Source: Adineta vaga
Taxonomy: Eukaryota; Animalia; Rotifera
Length of the DNA: 64,000 nucleotides
Assembly: GCA_021613535.1 (NCBI GenBank)
Contig: CP075497.1
Span: 3,596,001-3,660,000 of the forward strand
Reading direction: 5' to 3'
The notes below the pieces were generated by a model. That model was given only the letters and a program-made list of their open reading frames with translations. It searched no databases and was not told where the DNA came from. The translations under genes and the position numbers were made by a program. Positions 29,618 to 41,483 of this stretch are shown here, piece by piece (position 1 is the first letter of the stretch; each line of letters opens with the position of its first letter).

Positions 29618-31980
29618 GAGTTAAATATGTTCTAATAATAGATTTGATCAAATAAAAAAAGGCAAACAAATATTCAATATTTTCTTCTCTCTATGTACTT
29701 AATGTCAAAAAGATGTATTACATCTAAGAAAACAACAATAATCTGATCCGATATAAGTAGTGTTTTTACATGTATGTTGCTATGCAACTACCCATAGGGT
29801 ATAGTTTGTAAAAATATTCTATAATTTATTGAAAAATTGATTCTTTAGTGTGAATTCCTCAACATGAAAATACAGATCGGTAAGTTCATTTTCGAAGTTA
29901 TTTTTCGGACGATCTATAGAGGACGCTCACGGACCAAATTGAAAAGGAACATCAGATTTCATCGATAATACTCTATTAAACATAATTACAATATACTTTT
30001 GATTTGATATTCATTTTTTTTGTTCAATTATTTTGAAATAAGTAATTAAACGAATAGAAATATCTTCGTTGTACTATCTGTCGTGTATTTTTTTATGATT
30101 TCTTTCTACCATATATCTTTGTTGAACAAAGTTGATGATGACAAACGAGAAATGATTGAATACATACATTTTTTTTCATCAAACTTGAATTTATCTTTCG
30201 AAAAAGAAAAGAAAAGTATGATATGATGTGTATCCTTAAACTAAAGGTTAACAAATCTTCTATTGATTCGATTCCTTGAATTTCTTGTTATTATACGGTA
30301 AACTATTGATTATGTGGTATGTAATTATTTTCTCGTTGAAGAAAAATCGATGTCATTAAGTGAAAATAGGTTGCATTCATATATTACAATACGTTTGTTT
30401 AGCTCATTATTCATATGTATATATTTACTTATTCTAAGTATAGTCTAATGACAGAATACAATCGTGCAATCAACTGCAGTAAAATTTATATGTATAGAAT
30501 CAATCCAGAATTGTAATTCTATAGATATGTTCGAATCGAAAGTAAATAATCGATAGAGAAATGGATATATCGTTTTCAATCAATTCATAACAAAGACATG
30601 CTGATCTAGTTTCTATTCTTCTTATAAAATAATGTTGGATATCTTATTCTCTTTTGTTATATCTACTATTCGTGTGATGCCATAGATTGATATTTATTGT
30701 ACAGTTTATATGAAGATAAATGTCAGAAGATAAATCATTGATCCCGCGACACAATGTTGACAAGTAAATATCGATATTTAAAACAAATTCTTTCTTCAAT
30801 AACCTATGTCTACAAAAGTAACACGTAAGTATAAGTTGTATTGATAGAAGACATTATTTGTTCGATTTGTAAGATGAAATATGCATTTATATCGATTATA
30901 TGACAATTTTGTATGGAAGAAAAGGGCACTTTTAAAATAATGGTATTCTTTATATATTGAAATATATTCATTGAATTTTAGATGAAAATGGAAAAAAATA
31001 ATACCATTAGAAATAGAATCGATGCCATGAAAAATGGCAAACATAGTACAAACGAGCGAGGGAGAGAGAAAGCGAAAGACAGAAGGTGAAGGTAATTGTA
31101 TATTCATATTCTGTTGTCAATCGATTCGCTCGAACTATAGATGTATACAAAAGACTTCAACAAACATTTCACATATATTTCTACACATCATATATTGGTA
31201 AGTCATTGTTCTGTCCAGTAGAACGATATCGTCAAAACTCCGTGTTATATATCAACAATAAAGTGTTGATATTCATCTTTCCGTTTATTGTAAATGACCT
31301 TTTTTTTCTCGATATCTGTTTTTTTTCAAATATCCAGACAAATGATGATCTATTTTTGTTAACTAGTCAATCTTATCTATTATCATAAAAAGAAATCGAA
31401 ACTTATCATCATGTAAGATAAGATAATTGTTCAGATCGTATAGATGACGGACAGTCTTCATTTTGTCTCTTCTAGAAACTCAATAACGTAGGTATCATTT
31501 AGATGAATAGTATGTCTATCTATTGCTTGTGTCCTTGCATATAGAAGACGTATCATCATTCGACTGATGACATCTCAACTGATCAGTCTTATGTAATGAA
31601 TGATTGGCAATGTGTTAATCCGAAATAAACGACTTTTCTTTTTGTATTCTTATTGAACCTTCTTCAATATCAGTAAGAAAAAAAATGACATTAAGTAGTA
31701 CTTCATACATTATTTCGGTATCTAATTTAATGATTGATATATGTACGACCTATTTGATGTTGGATGAAGGTTGATCCTTTTTCATTCAATGTGTATAGGA
31801 CATATATGTGTAAATGAATATATATATTTTTTTCTCATTCGTTTACATCTGTACTTGAGTTTTAGATTTTAACACATTTTGATATAGACATATATACACA
31901 TACATACATATATATTAATAGTCGTCGATATTGCAAAGAACAACTTTGTCAGTAGTTCATATTCATACCCCTGTTATTCC

Positions 31981-32607
31981 ATGGTGAAGATGGCCGGTCA
32001 ACAGCATCAATATTCTCCACGATATCCTAGTCTCTTAGTTACACTTAAACATAAACCAGAAGAAAGATCATTTACAGATACTTATTCAACTTCACGAACA
32101 CGTCGTTCAAAAGATACTTATTATCCATCATTACTTCAAACAAAAAATGTCTATATCAATGCAAATCAACGTTATCAACCACAACAACAAGCACAACCAC
32201 CACCACCACCACCTCTTCAGTTATCGCAACAACAATATCCTCATCGACTGCATACATCTCCGCGTCATCAATCGAAACAAACAATTTATAATTCTGATCG
32301 TATTCATCAACAATATCCACAACAATCGATTCGACCATTAATGGAAATCAAAGATAATTTATTTTCATTACATAACGATATTGAACCCGATATTGACGAT
32401 GATGATCTTGACAAACAATCTCCTCGACTTCTCCAACAAAAAGATACAAAACAACGTGTTCAGTATCGAAATCGTAAAGTAGAATTAGATTGGGATCATG
32501 CATTTGATCTAGATCTAATTGATTTATATACCACACATATCGATACTGATAGTCATTCGTTAACAAGTACAATCAGTTCTACTGATACATCATATTGTTC
32601 TTTTTAA
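31981..32607 (+). CDS. Uncharacterised intronless Q/P-rich protein (208 aa)
   Basis: Long ORF in AT-rich DNA with codon usage like neighbouring genes. No recognisable domain. Confidence 0.65.
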   Translation: MVKMAGQQHQYSPRYPSLLVTLKHKPEERSFTDTYSTSRTRRSKDTYYPSLLQTKNVYINANQRYQPQQQAQPPPPPPLQLSQQQYPHRLHTSPRHQSKQTIYNSDRIHQQYPQQSIRPLMEIKDNLFSLHNDIEPDIDDDDLDKQSPRLLQQKDTKQRVQYRNRKVELDWDHAFDLDLIDLYTTHIDTDSHSLTSTISSTDTSYCSF

Positions 32608-32855
32608 TTCAATCTCTTTCTTCTTCTTCTTCTTCTTCTGATTTAAGACAATACCAAACAATTCTAAGTTCATGAAGGAAAAAAAAAGCTTTCTTTTTTT
32701 TTTGTATATTTCTTTTTCAAGTGATCTTCGAAAATTTTCGAAGAAAAAAAAACACTCAATCAAGTGAATACAAACACTAAAAGCGTATCACAAAAGACAA
32801 CGAATTTTCATTTTTTGCTTCTTCTTCTATCACAGATTGTTTCTTCTTTTCTTTA

Positions 32856-35800
32856 TCACTTCAGATTTGCAAACATTTTTACTAATAAATCAAATGAATG
32901 ATAATCATTTGTTGTATCATTAACACAACCAAGTGATTGTAATTTTCTTCGTATACATGCATTTAATTTCGTTCGTAATTTCAATAAATTATTATCTGAT
33001 ATAATCAATTGATAATCATTCAATTTCATTGTTTCATTCATTGGTCCAAAGAATAAAAGAATAAATTCATCGACGATCGTACAACATTTTGCAAGAAATA
33101 AACCTTTATTCGAACGGATTAAATCATCACAAATAGCAAAATGAATGTTTTCTCCGTTCAATTGCGTGTTATTTAAGACAGATGTGAGGTCAAGTTGAAC
33201 TAATTCATTTCGACTAAGAAAAGAAAAAGAATTTTTGTTATCATTTCTAATGCTCTTACTTTGATAACCATTTTTGTTCGTAAGTAATTAAATTTTGTGG
33301 TAAACAATGAACAATTATTGCTTGAATCAATAGCCAACATGTAGCATTGACATTTAAATCAATATTATCGTGATTATTTGAATAGAAAAATTTGGAAAAC
33401 TTGATATTAATCAGAAAATTACTCAACCATTTTCTATGAAAATCACCTAGATTGTATAATTACTTGAAAGAACAAAATAGATTCTTACTGAAATCGATCA
33501 ATTTGTTTCATTCGAAAATATTTCACATTCCAATTCAAACAAAATTGTTTTTTATCAAGTGATTGTTCCCATTGCTAAAAAACAGATTGACATTTACGTA
33601 TTTATTATACAAAGAACTCTACAATTCGTACTTGATATAATTGATAAAAGATGAAATGATCAGAATTTTGATTCAATGCTAAACGTTGTTTTAATTCTAA
33701 TAAATGTTGAATATTTGTTATTGATTGAACTATGAAAATGAAAGAAGAAAATTTTTAGTCTGATTTAAAATTATTGATAAAAATATACAATGAACTCTTT
33801 TTTCGAGGTCGTATTTGTCACGGTTTATCATGGGTCATGATCATCATGTCTGTTACGCTTTTCTTACCGAAACATAACTGAAAGAAATGCGTTCTTTCTC
33901 TATTCAAAATTGCTTGTTAGCAAATGATATATTCTTTTTATTTCATTACTAATTAATGATCGATTATTTCGAGTAATTTACACTTGAGATTATATTGATT
34001 TTATCTAGTTACTATGATATATCCGTATGAAAGGTCATCAATGTGAATCTAGAAAAAATCCTCGAGTTTTTTTTTTACTTACAAGGATCGCCAATGATCA
34101 GTGTAGAAATAATGATTAAAATGGGTTGTAAACATTTGAATAGATGACCATAAACGATCATCATTGCATAGGGTAATTCAACAACCGGTAAAGCTAAACA
34201 ATAAGCTCCTAAATCGACGAGATCTTCCCATTTATCAAAGAGATCAAGATTCTACAAAGAAATGAGCAGTTGAATAAAAATAAATAAATTAATGAAGATT
34301 AGATTTCTTTACTTTCAATTGAGAAATACCAGCACGAACAACTGCGAATGGTGGAGGAAATGGTAATTTCAACATAAACTCTGCTACTGAACAATTTGTC
34401 CATGCAAATAATTTCGCTTGCATGATATTTTCCTAAATTAATGTACAAAACGAAGAAGGAATTATTTAACAGTAAATAAAAGCAGATCTTTCAAAACTTA
34501 CAAGTAATGGTTGTCGAGCCATTTCCGCATTGACATTTTCATTGATTTTCTCGTCGAATAACGATTGAGGATAAAGTCGATAACAAACACCACCTTCTCC
34601 AATATTTGCTCTACAAAAACGAATTCAAATGGAATTTCTTGTAAATCAAACAAACTACATATATATTCCATATCTTACCGATGTTTTCTTTCAGTCGCAC
34701 TTGTTTGATTTATCCAGTTATATTTTGGTAACAATTTCGACGTAGTTGTATGATAGCATCTCTAAAATACTCTTATAGATCCAATCCATCTTTCAGCTAA
34801 CTTACCTCAAGATTGATACCTGTATCAATAACACAACGAATATTACAAAAAGGTACACCTGTTTCACCGCTCGCATCACAAAGAATCTAGAAGAAGGTAA
34901 TTATAAACTTAATAGAATAGATAAAAATAGATTTACCAATAATCGTGAAGAATGATTGTTCATTAATAGCCATGATGATGAATTCAAAATCATATGAATT
35001 TCAATTCCAAATCTATATATCACGATATTCCAACTAGTTGTTTGCTTTCGTAATCAAACTTACTCTTTCGAAATGTTTGAATTTGAACAAATATCATTCA
35101 TTATTGATATTTCATCTATTCCTGGTAAAAATACGAGTATATGTCCTATAAGAAACTAACATTGATGAAAAAGATTTTCTATAAATATATCCTTCTACTT
35201 ACCCGAACATATTTGACATATGTATTTAACAACTGCTAAGATTAATTGATAATCAATAACATCATTAAACTTTCGTGTTTGTAAATAATATTTCATTAAT
35301 GCTATCATTGGTGTAACATTTGAATTATTATTTGTTAAACTCAATAATTGTTCCAAAAGAAGAGAATCCTGCCTATAAATAATCGAATATTTAAAAATTA
35401 CATTTGATTTTTAAGAGAATTAAAAATAAAAAAACTATTTCATGCAGATTAATCAGTAAATTTTTTTCCTCATATAAACATGCATATCCCATTAATCGAT
35501 GTACTCTCTCTCCCTTCTCGAGCAGTTTGATAAGCTAATCATGCGAATGAACTATTTTTTAACGAAATTTTATTCTTACCGTCCAAATCCTATATTAACT
35601 GTTGATAAAATACATATATGTATTTAATAACAAACATAAATGTAAATCTACACTTACGTTGTATATGATTCAAGTAAATCGATGGTTTCATGAGTTGCAT
35701 ATTTTCGTGCAAAATCAACGGCAGAAAAGTTATTTACAGCACGAAGATTAAAGAACAAACTATTGTTTGATAATAAATGTTCAATCGATAATTTAATACT

Positions 35801-38039
35801 CCACATCGACAAACACATCAATGGACTAACAAGTGTTAATGGATGTTGATGATTACCTTAAAAAGAAATATATCTACATAGAATGATTAGAAAACATTTG
35901 ACTGCATAATCGTTTAACATAGTAGAACTTCGATAATTTAGAAAGATATCATGGTTGTCTATCATTCTAACGGTGTCGATGTCTGCAAACGAGTTTAATT
36001 TCTTCTTGATTCTTACATTTGTCTGGATATTGATTAATAAAATTCATCAATAATTGAATATCTTCAATGAATCCATTCACAAAACATCGTCCAATTAACT
36101 CATTCAAATAACGTTCAGCTGGTATCATATTTTGTTCCTAAAAATATCAATGTATGAAAAATAAAAAAACAGAAAAGATTCATACTAATAATGAATAGAT
36201 ATTTTGACATGAGTCACATATGATTGATGGAGAAGTTTTATGATGAATTGAAGATTGTTCTGCTAAACGACACCAATACTCTAATAATTGCATTCCATAA
36301 GTATCTAAAACGAAAACCTCTAGAAATCGAAGTAATCATAGAAAAAAAGAGTTTTTTACTAATTGATAAACATTTATTTGGATCTATTCGTTGAATATCG
36401 ATTAGAATTTTTTCCAGAAATATTTCATCAATCTTTTCATTCATTATTTCATTTGTATCAACTATAAATAATAAATGATAATAACAATCATTTTCAATTC
36501 AAAAGAAAATAACATTTCATACTTGTATATGTTGCAACATTTCCAAAATATTTCACTAATGTATCATATTGTATTGTTGTTTGAAGAAAAATCATTTTCA
36601 AATATCGAAATTTATGTTGAGTATCTTTCAAATATGCTAAGATCATGTCAAGTGTATGAGATCGTTTATGAACATCATCAATAATCAAATGTGTTACAGA
36701 GGATTTCAGTAAATAATCACCACAAATTAACGTACGTAAAAGAAGTTCATGCGTTGTAATCGTAATCAATGATGTTATATCATTAGTTGATGACCTAGGT
36801 AATCAGAAAAGAGTTATAAAACGAAATTTCATTTGTTTTTACATATTATCAAAAGTAAGACAATCGCTTGATGGAATAAATGATGATAATGCATAGGCAG
36901 ATAAACTTGTCGTACAACTATGAAGAATTCGAATAGGCCATTGTTTATCAAAATGATCATCATTTAAATATTGACAAATCTAATAATAGAAACAAAAATG
37001 AATGTTATAATATAAAGATATAAACTTACTCGAATAGATTTTCCAATTGCAGGTGGACCACTAATAAAAATCATTTTATTATCTAAATAAATGAGGATGT
37101 TTAATGACGATTAAAATCAATTGATTCTTATCTACTTTCAATCAGATGAAGAAGATTATCTCGTGTTGATGTTTTATCAATTGGCAAGAATTGAATGGAA
37201 TGTTCTGGAGAAATAAATCGTTGATCAGGTATTCGTGGTTTAATATCCGATGATTTAAATAACGAATTACCCGATCGTAATAATGTACAATAAAACCAAT
37301 CTAAAAGAAAAATTCTTTGATCATGAATTCGAAAATGATTTCATTTACCATTGAGAGAACTTGGTGTCTTTTGAATTTTAGCTTGTAGAAAATCATTATC
37401 ATCCGTTGAGATTGGACATGATTGAATATATGTATGAATTTCGTCTGTTAATTGAGGATTAGTCAATGATATTTGTAATTGTTTTGATGAATTAGTCACA
37501 TTGTTTAAAACAGATTCATTCGTTGATTTCGAAACAGCAATAATACGTGATGCACCACGTCTAAAGATAATTTGTAATTTTGGATTTGAATAGAAATTCT
37601 TTTTACCCTAAAGTTCGACAGATAAGATTCCGTTGTTGTGCTTGTTGACGAACAAATATTCGTTCATGACAAAATAATGATGATGGAAATTCAATTTCTC
37701 CATTTGTTTTTCCTTCATTTAGATAATCATCAAGCATTTGACAAATAACTTGTCGAACAGGATTTAAAACATCCAAATTCTACGTACGAAACAAGACAAA
37801 ATATTTATCTCAACAACGAAATATCACGAAATTTACATATCCAACAGGTATTTCTGAATCCGATTCATCATCACTTAAATAATCAATCATTGAATCTACA
37901 TTTGTATTATTCATTCGATACGATACATTCGATACAAACTTTAAAAAAAACAACATTTTTTCACTCTTTCAATCCTACACAAACATACTTGATCATCGTC
38001 TCCACCTGTTGAATATGTTTCATAATCATTCGGTTTCAT
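32856..38039 (-). CDS. YTHDC2/Bgcn-like DExH helicase (R3H, RecA1, ankyrin insert, RecA2, HA2) with degenerate motifs and no YTH domain
   Basis: R3H-like EFPSSLFCHERIFVRQQAQ..LICRTLG; GPPAIGKS; LLRTLICGDYLLKSSVTHLIIDDVHKR; ankyrin-like YQHPLTLVSPLMCLS..NFSAVDFA; ILVFLPGIDEI; CVIDTG; WINQTSATERKHR; HA2-region LDLFDKWEDLVDLG...FKCLQPILII...DPF. Confidence 0.8.
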
Positions 38040-38185
38040 CGAAAATGTTTTTCGATGATATTGTGGATGCATATCTAGAATAAGAACAATCTTTTTACAA
38101 TGTTGACTAGCATATTTATTGATTTTATAGAAGAAATAAAGTTTTATCTGACATAAAGAGAAAAGAAAAAAAATAGAAGAAGATT

Positions 38186-39020
38186 TTATTCAGTTGACAT
38201 GATCTTGTTCATTTGAAATGCATCGGTCACATACATGGAAATTTCATCTTCAATTGATCTCTGAAATAAAACATATTTTGAAGAAAATAATGAATGCATA
38301 TCGATTGATCTTACAAGTTCATCTCGAACACTTTCGACTTTTAATGTCAAACTATCAATTGTCTAAATGAAATATAGAATAAGAATAGTTGATTAATATT
38401 TAAATAGATAGTTACTGGTTCATCACAAGGCATCCAATGTGCCATTTGTTGTTGAAGAATTTCATATTCACATCGTGTATTTTCAACATCCTGAATAAAG
38501 GTGATTGATTTTTCTTTAGATTAGTTTATTCAAATGAATACTTTTTGTAATTTTTCAATATCAGTATATGTAACTGATGGTTTAGCATTGATATCAAATG
38601 ATTGTAATTTATTTTCAATGAATTTCATTTCTGCCATTGTGGTCATTCGTGTTGATTCATATTCATCGAATTTTTCATTTTGTATATTCACAATTTTCTG
38701 TTGTTTTCTAAATAAATCGAAGGGTAAGAACTTTTGTAATCATCTTTCAATATGATTTACTCATTTAACACTTTAGCTAGATTAGAAATTTCAAGATAAT
38801 TTTGTTGAATTGTTGGTAGAATAACATCGAATGTATCCAAACGATTCTGTGTTGTAGAAGAAATATTTTGTAATTTACGTAATTTGGTTAAAAAGATTTC
38901 TCCATGATCAATATGTGATGAATCAATTTCTAATAATCGTCCGATATTATTCAATAATTGTAGATTTGAAAGTAATTGATCGGAATTAAATGATGATGAT
39001 GATGATTCAGATTGAGGCAT
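38186..39020 (-). CDS. HAUS1 (augmin subunit 1)-like coiled-coil protein, 5 exons
   Basis: The spliced product ends MKFIENKLQSF..PSVTYTDIEKLQKDVENTRCEYEILQQQMAHWMPCDEPTIDSLTLKVESVRDELRSIEDEIS. This parallels the HAUS1 C-terminus (MDFLKAK..SLSHQSL..LKKKLESYLDL.P.PSLA.VKIEEAKREL..IEAEL). Aligned by eye only. Confidence 0.55.
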
Positions 39021-39231
39021 CTGAAGATAAAAATCATGTTTGTTTACATTTTATTTCTTTATTTTGAAATTCATTAAATAAAAACGATTGATAGGTTTTT
39101 TTTAGACAAAGACAAATAAAACACAAAATTCACAGAAATATAGATTGTATAACACGAGATTCGAAATTAGAAGAAGTTGCATTGTATCTGAACATGTATG
39201 CCTCAAGAATAGAAGTTTTTCGACGAAATAC

Positions 39232-41078
39232 TTATGCATACGAACCATTTGCCAAGAAACGTAATACATCAACAAGAAGATACGGTCTGAAATAAATGAC
39301 GATATTATCAATAATATCTTCTACTATGAAACTTACTGTGTTCGTTCTAATTGTTTCCATTGTTCGGTTGCAAATACTTCTTTACTATATGTTTTGATAA
39401 ATACAAGTAAATTATCTTTTAATAATTTTGAATTATAAATATTCGCTCGTACAAGCATTTCTGCTGCTGTTTCATATGTAAATGTATCGATTAATGATTC
39501 TATACATAAATGTTTTAAATTTTCAATAACATATTTATCTGCTGCATATAAAAGATCTAATGCATGAATATCTAAATGTTTAATTTCATTATAATAAATA
39601 AATCGAAGCATTTCTTCACAAATATCTTCGGATATATCATTTATTTCAATTGTATTTAAACGTGTTTCTAACATATCAGATAAAAACATTCGTTCAAACA
39701 CTTCACTTGCTAATGAAAGTATACAACGATGAACATTAAATTCTTTAAAACCAACTTTAATTTTGATATCTGAAAATTTTCCTGTATGAAATAATTCTTT
39801 TGTTAAAGAAGAATTTTGTTTGAAATTCTTAGAAGAAACATTTTCATCTAAGATATTTAAACATAATTTTGAAGTATCTTGTTGTCCATAGAGTACAATT
39901 CGTGCAAAGAAAACCAAACATGGACTAGAATTATATTGTTGTGTACAATCACTTAATTCTTTACTAGTAAATGGATCAAATTTGTATTCATCAATTGGAT
40001 CAAGTATATCACTTATTTTTAATAAACGTGTGGAGAAATTTGCACGAACGAAAAATTCTATACGAAATTTATATGGAATATGTTTTTTCATACGTAAACT
40101 TAGATGATATAACATTAAAATCATATTTTGTTCACGTTCAAGTGTTAAAGATAATTGAAAACAATTACTTAAATGAACATAATGACGATCTAATTTATGT
40201 TCAAAGGTAAAGATTGAACTTTCTAAACATTCATCTTCGTAACATAACTAAAAATAAAATTAACGATTGAAAATTTTTATCGATTGAAAATTAAAAGAAA
40301 TACTTTAGTTTTGGTATTAAAATCATCAATAATCCATTGATATGTAAATGATGGTTCATCAATTGTTGTGTTACCATTTCGAACTTTAATTAAACGTAAA
40401 TCATCACATCCTGATGCATCACACATAGGACGAATTTGTAAAGTTATTGTTAATGATGGACATGATAATAAACGATCACGTGATGATGAAATATATGATT
40501 TTAAAAAATTTGATATAACATAATTGCCTATGATGATGAAAAAGAATAAAAGAAGTTTTTCTTGAAAATTATTTACGTTTTATATCAAATGATTCACTCG
40601 GATCACAATAAAAACTTGCATTTGACCATGTATATTTATAGATTTCTTCGCCATTATATTCACATGTGACAATAACTTCTGCTTTAATTGTTCGTAATTT
40701 TGGCTATGAAAGAAAAAAAATGAGAAAATTATTTTGTCTAATAAACTTCAAATTTCTTACTGTTATCATAAACACATAAAATTTCACAAAAATACTGTTA
40801 CGTTCACAATACGATGGATATAAACGCATGATCCAACTAGAAAAGCGAAGCAAATCAAATTTTAAGGAAATTTAATATTCACATCTTTGTTACCTTGTTG
40901 AACAATTTGTACATGGAAATAATTCACTTGTATATTCATCACCATCACGACTATGTTGAACATTTTTTATTAACCAATTATGTTTGATTTCCACTAATGG
41001 TTCAGCTATCGATGCTTGTTGTGAAGGTCGTATTGCATTATTCGTGTCACTTGTCATTGAAGGTGATCCAGCGGACAT
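39232..41078 (-). CDS. MATH-BTB-BACK protein (SPOP/TDPOZ-like Cullin-3 adaptor), apparently with two MATH-like units
   Basis: BTB: FSDIKIKVGFKEFNVHRCILSLASEVFERMF...LLYAADKYVIENLK. SPOP-like end: WKQLERTQPYLLVDVLRFLA (last exon after a short intron; TAA at 39232). MATH-like starts HNWLIKNV...SELF...WIMRLYP and YQWIIDDF...SSIFTF. Confidence 0.85.
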
Positions 41079-41483
41079 ATTATCTTTTTTTGCTCTAGAT
41101 CATTGAAACATTGATGGCAATCGATTGATACAGACAAGTAAAAAGTTTTAACTTTTCTCTATGAATGCTTGTTCCTAGAGACGCGTTCGTTCTTTTCTTC
41201 TTCTTCTTCTTCTTCTTTTTCTTTCTTTTTTTTATTTCTTTTTCAGTCTTTAAAAGAAGAACAATATTGATTGGTTAATAAATATAACAAATGAAAAATT
41301 GTTCATGTACCTTTCTGACAGCTGATATTCAGTTCTTCATTGGCGGAAAGATTAGTATTACATATAATTGTCAAATTTCCTATAAAAGAAAGAGAAAAAC
41401 AAATAAGTGGACATATATATAACGTTCACACATTCGATTCTTAGTTCTATTCTTTATTCGTTCGTTTCGTCTAGTGATATAAA

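Noticed and set aside
33760-33850. ATGATGA (box C-like) in a long helicase intron suggesting a C/D snoRNA
   Set aside because: No properly placed CTGA box D, terminal stem or recognisable rRNA guide. It would need an Infernal or snoscan result.
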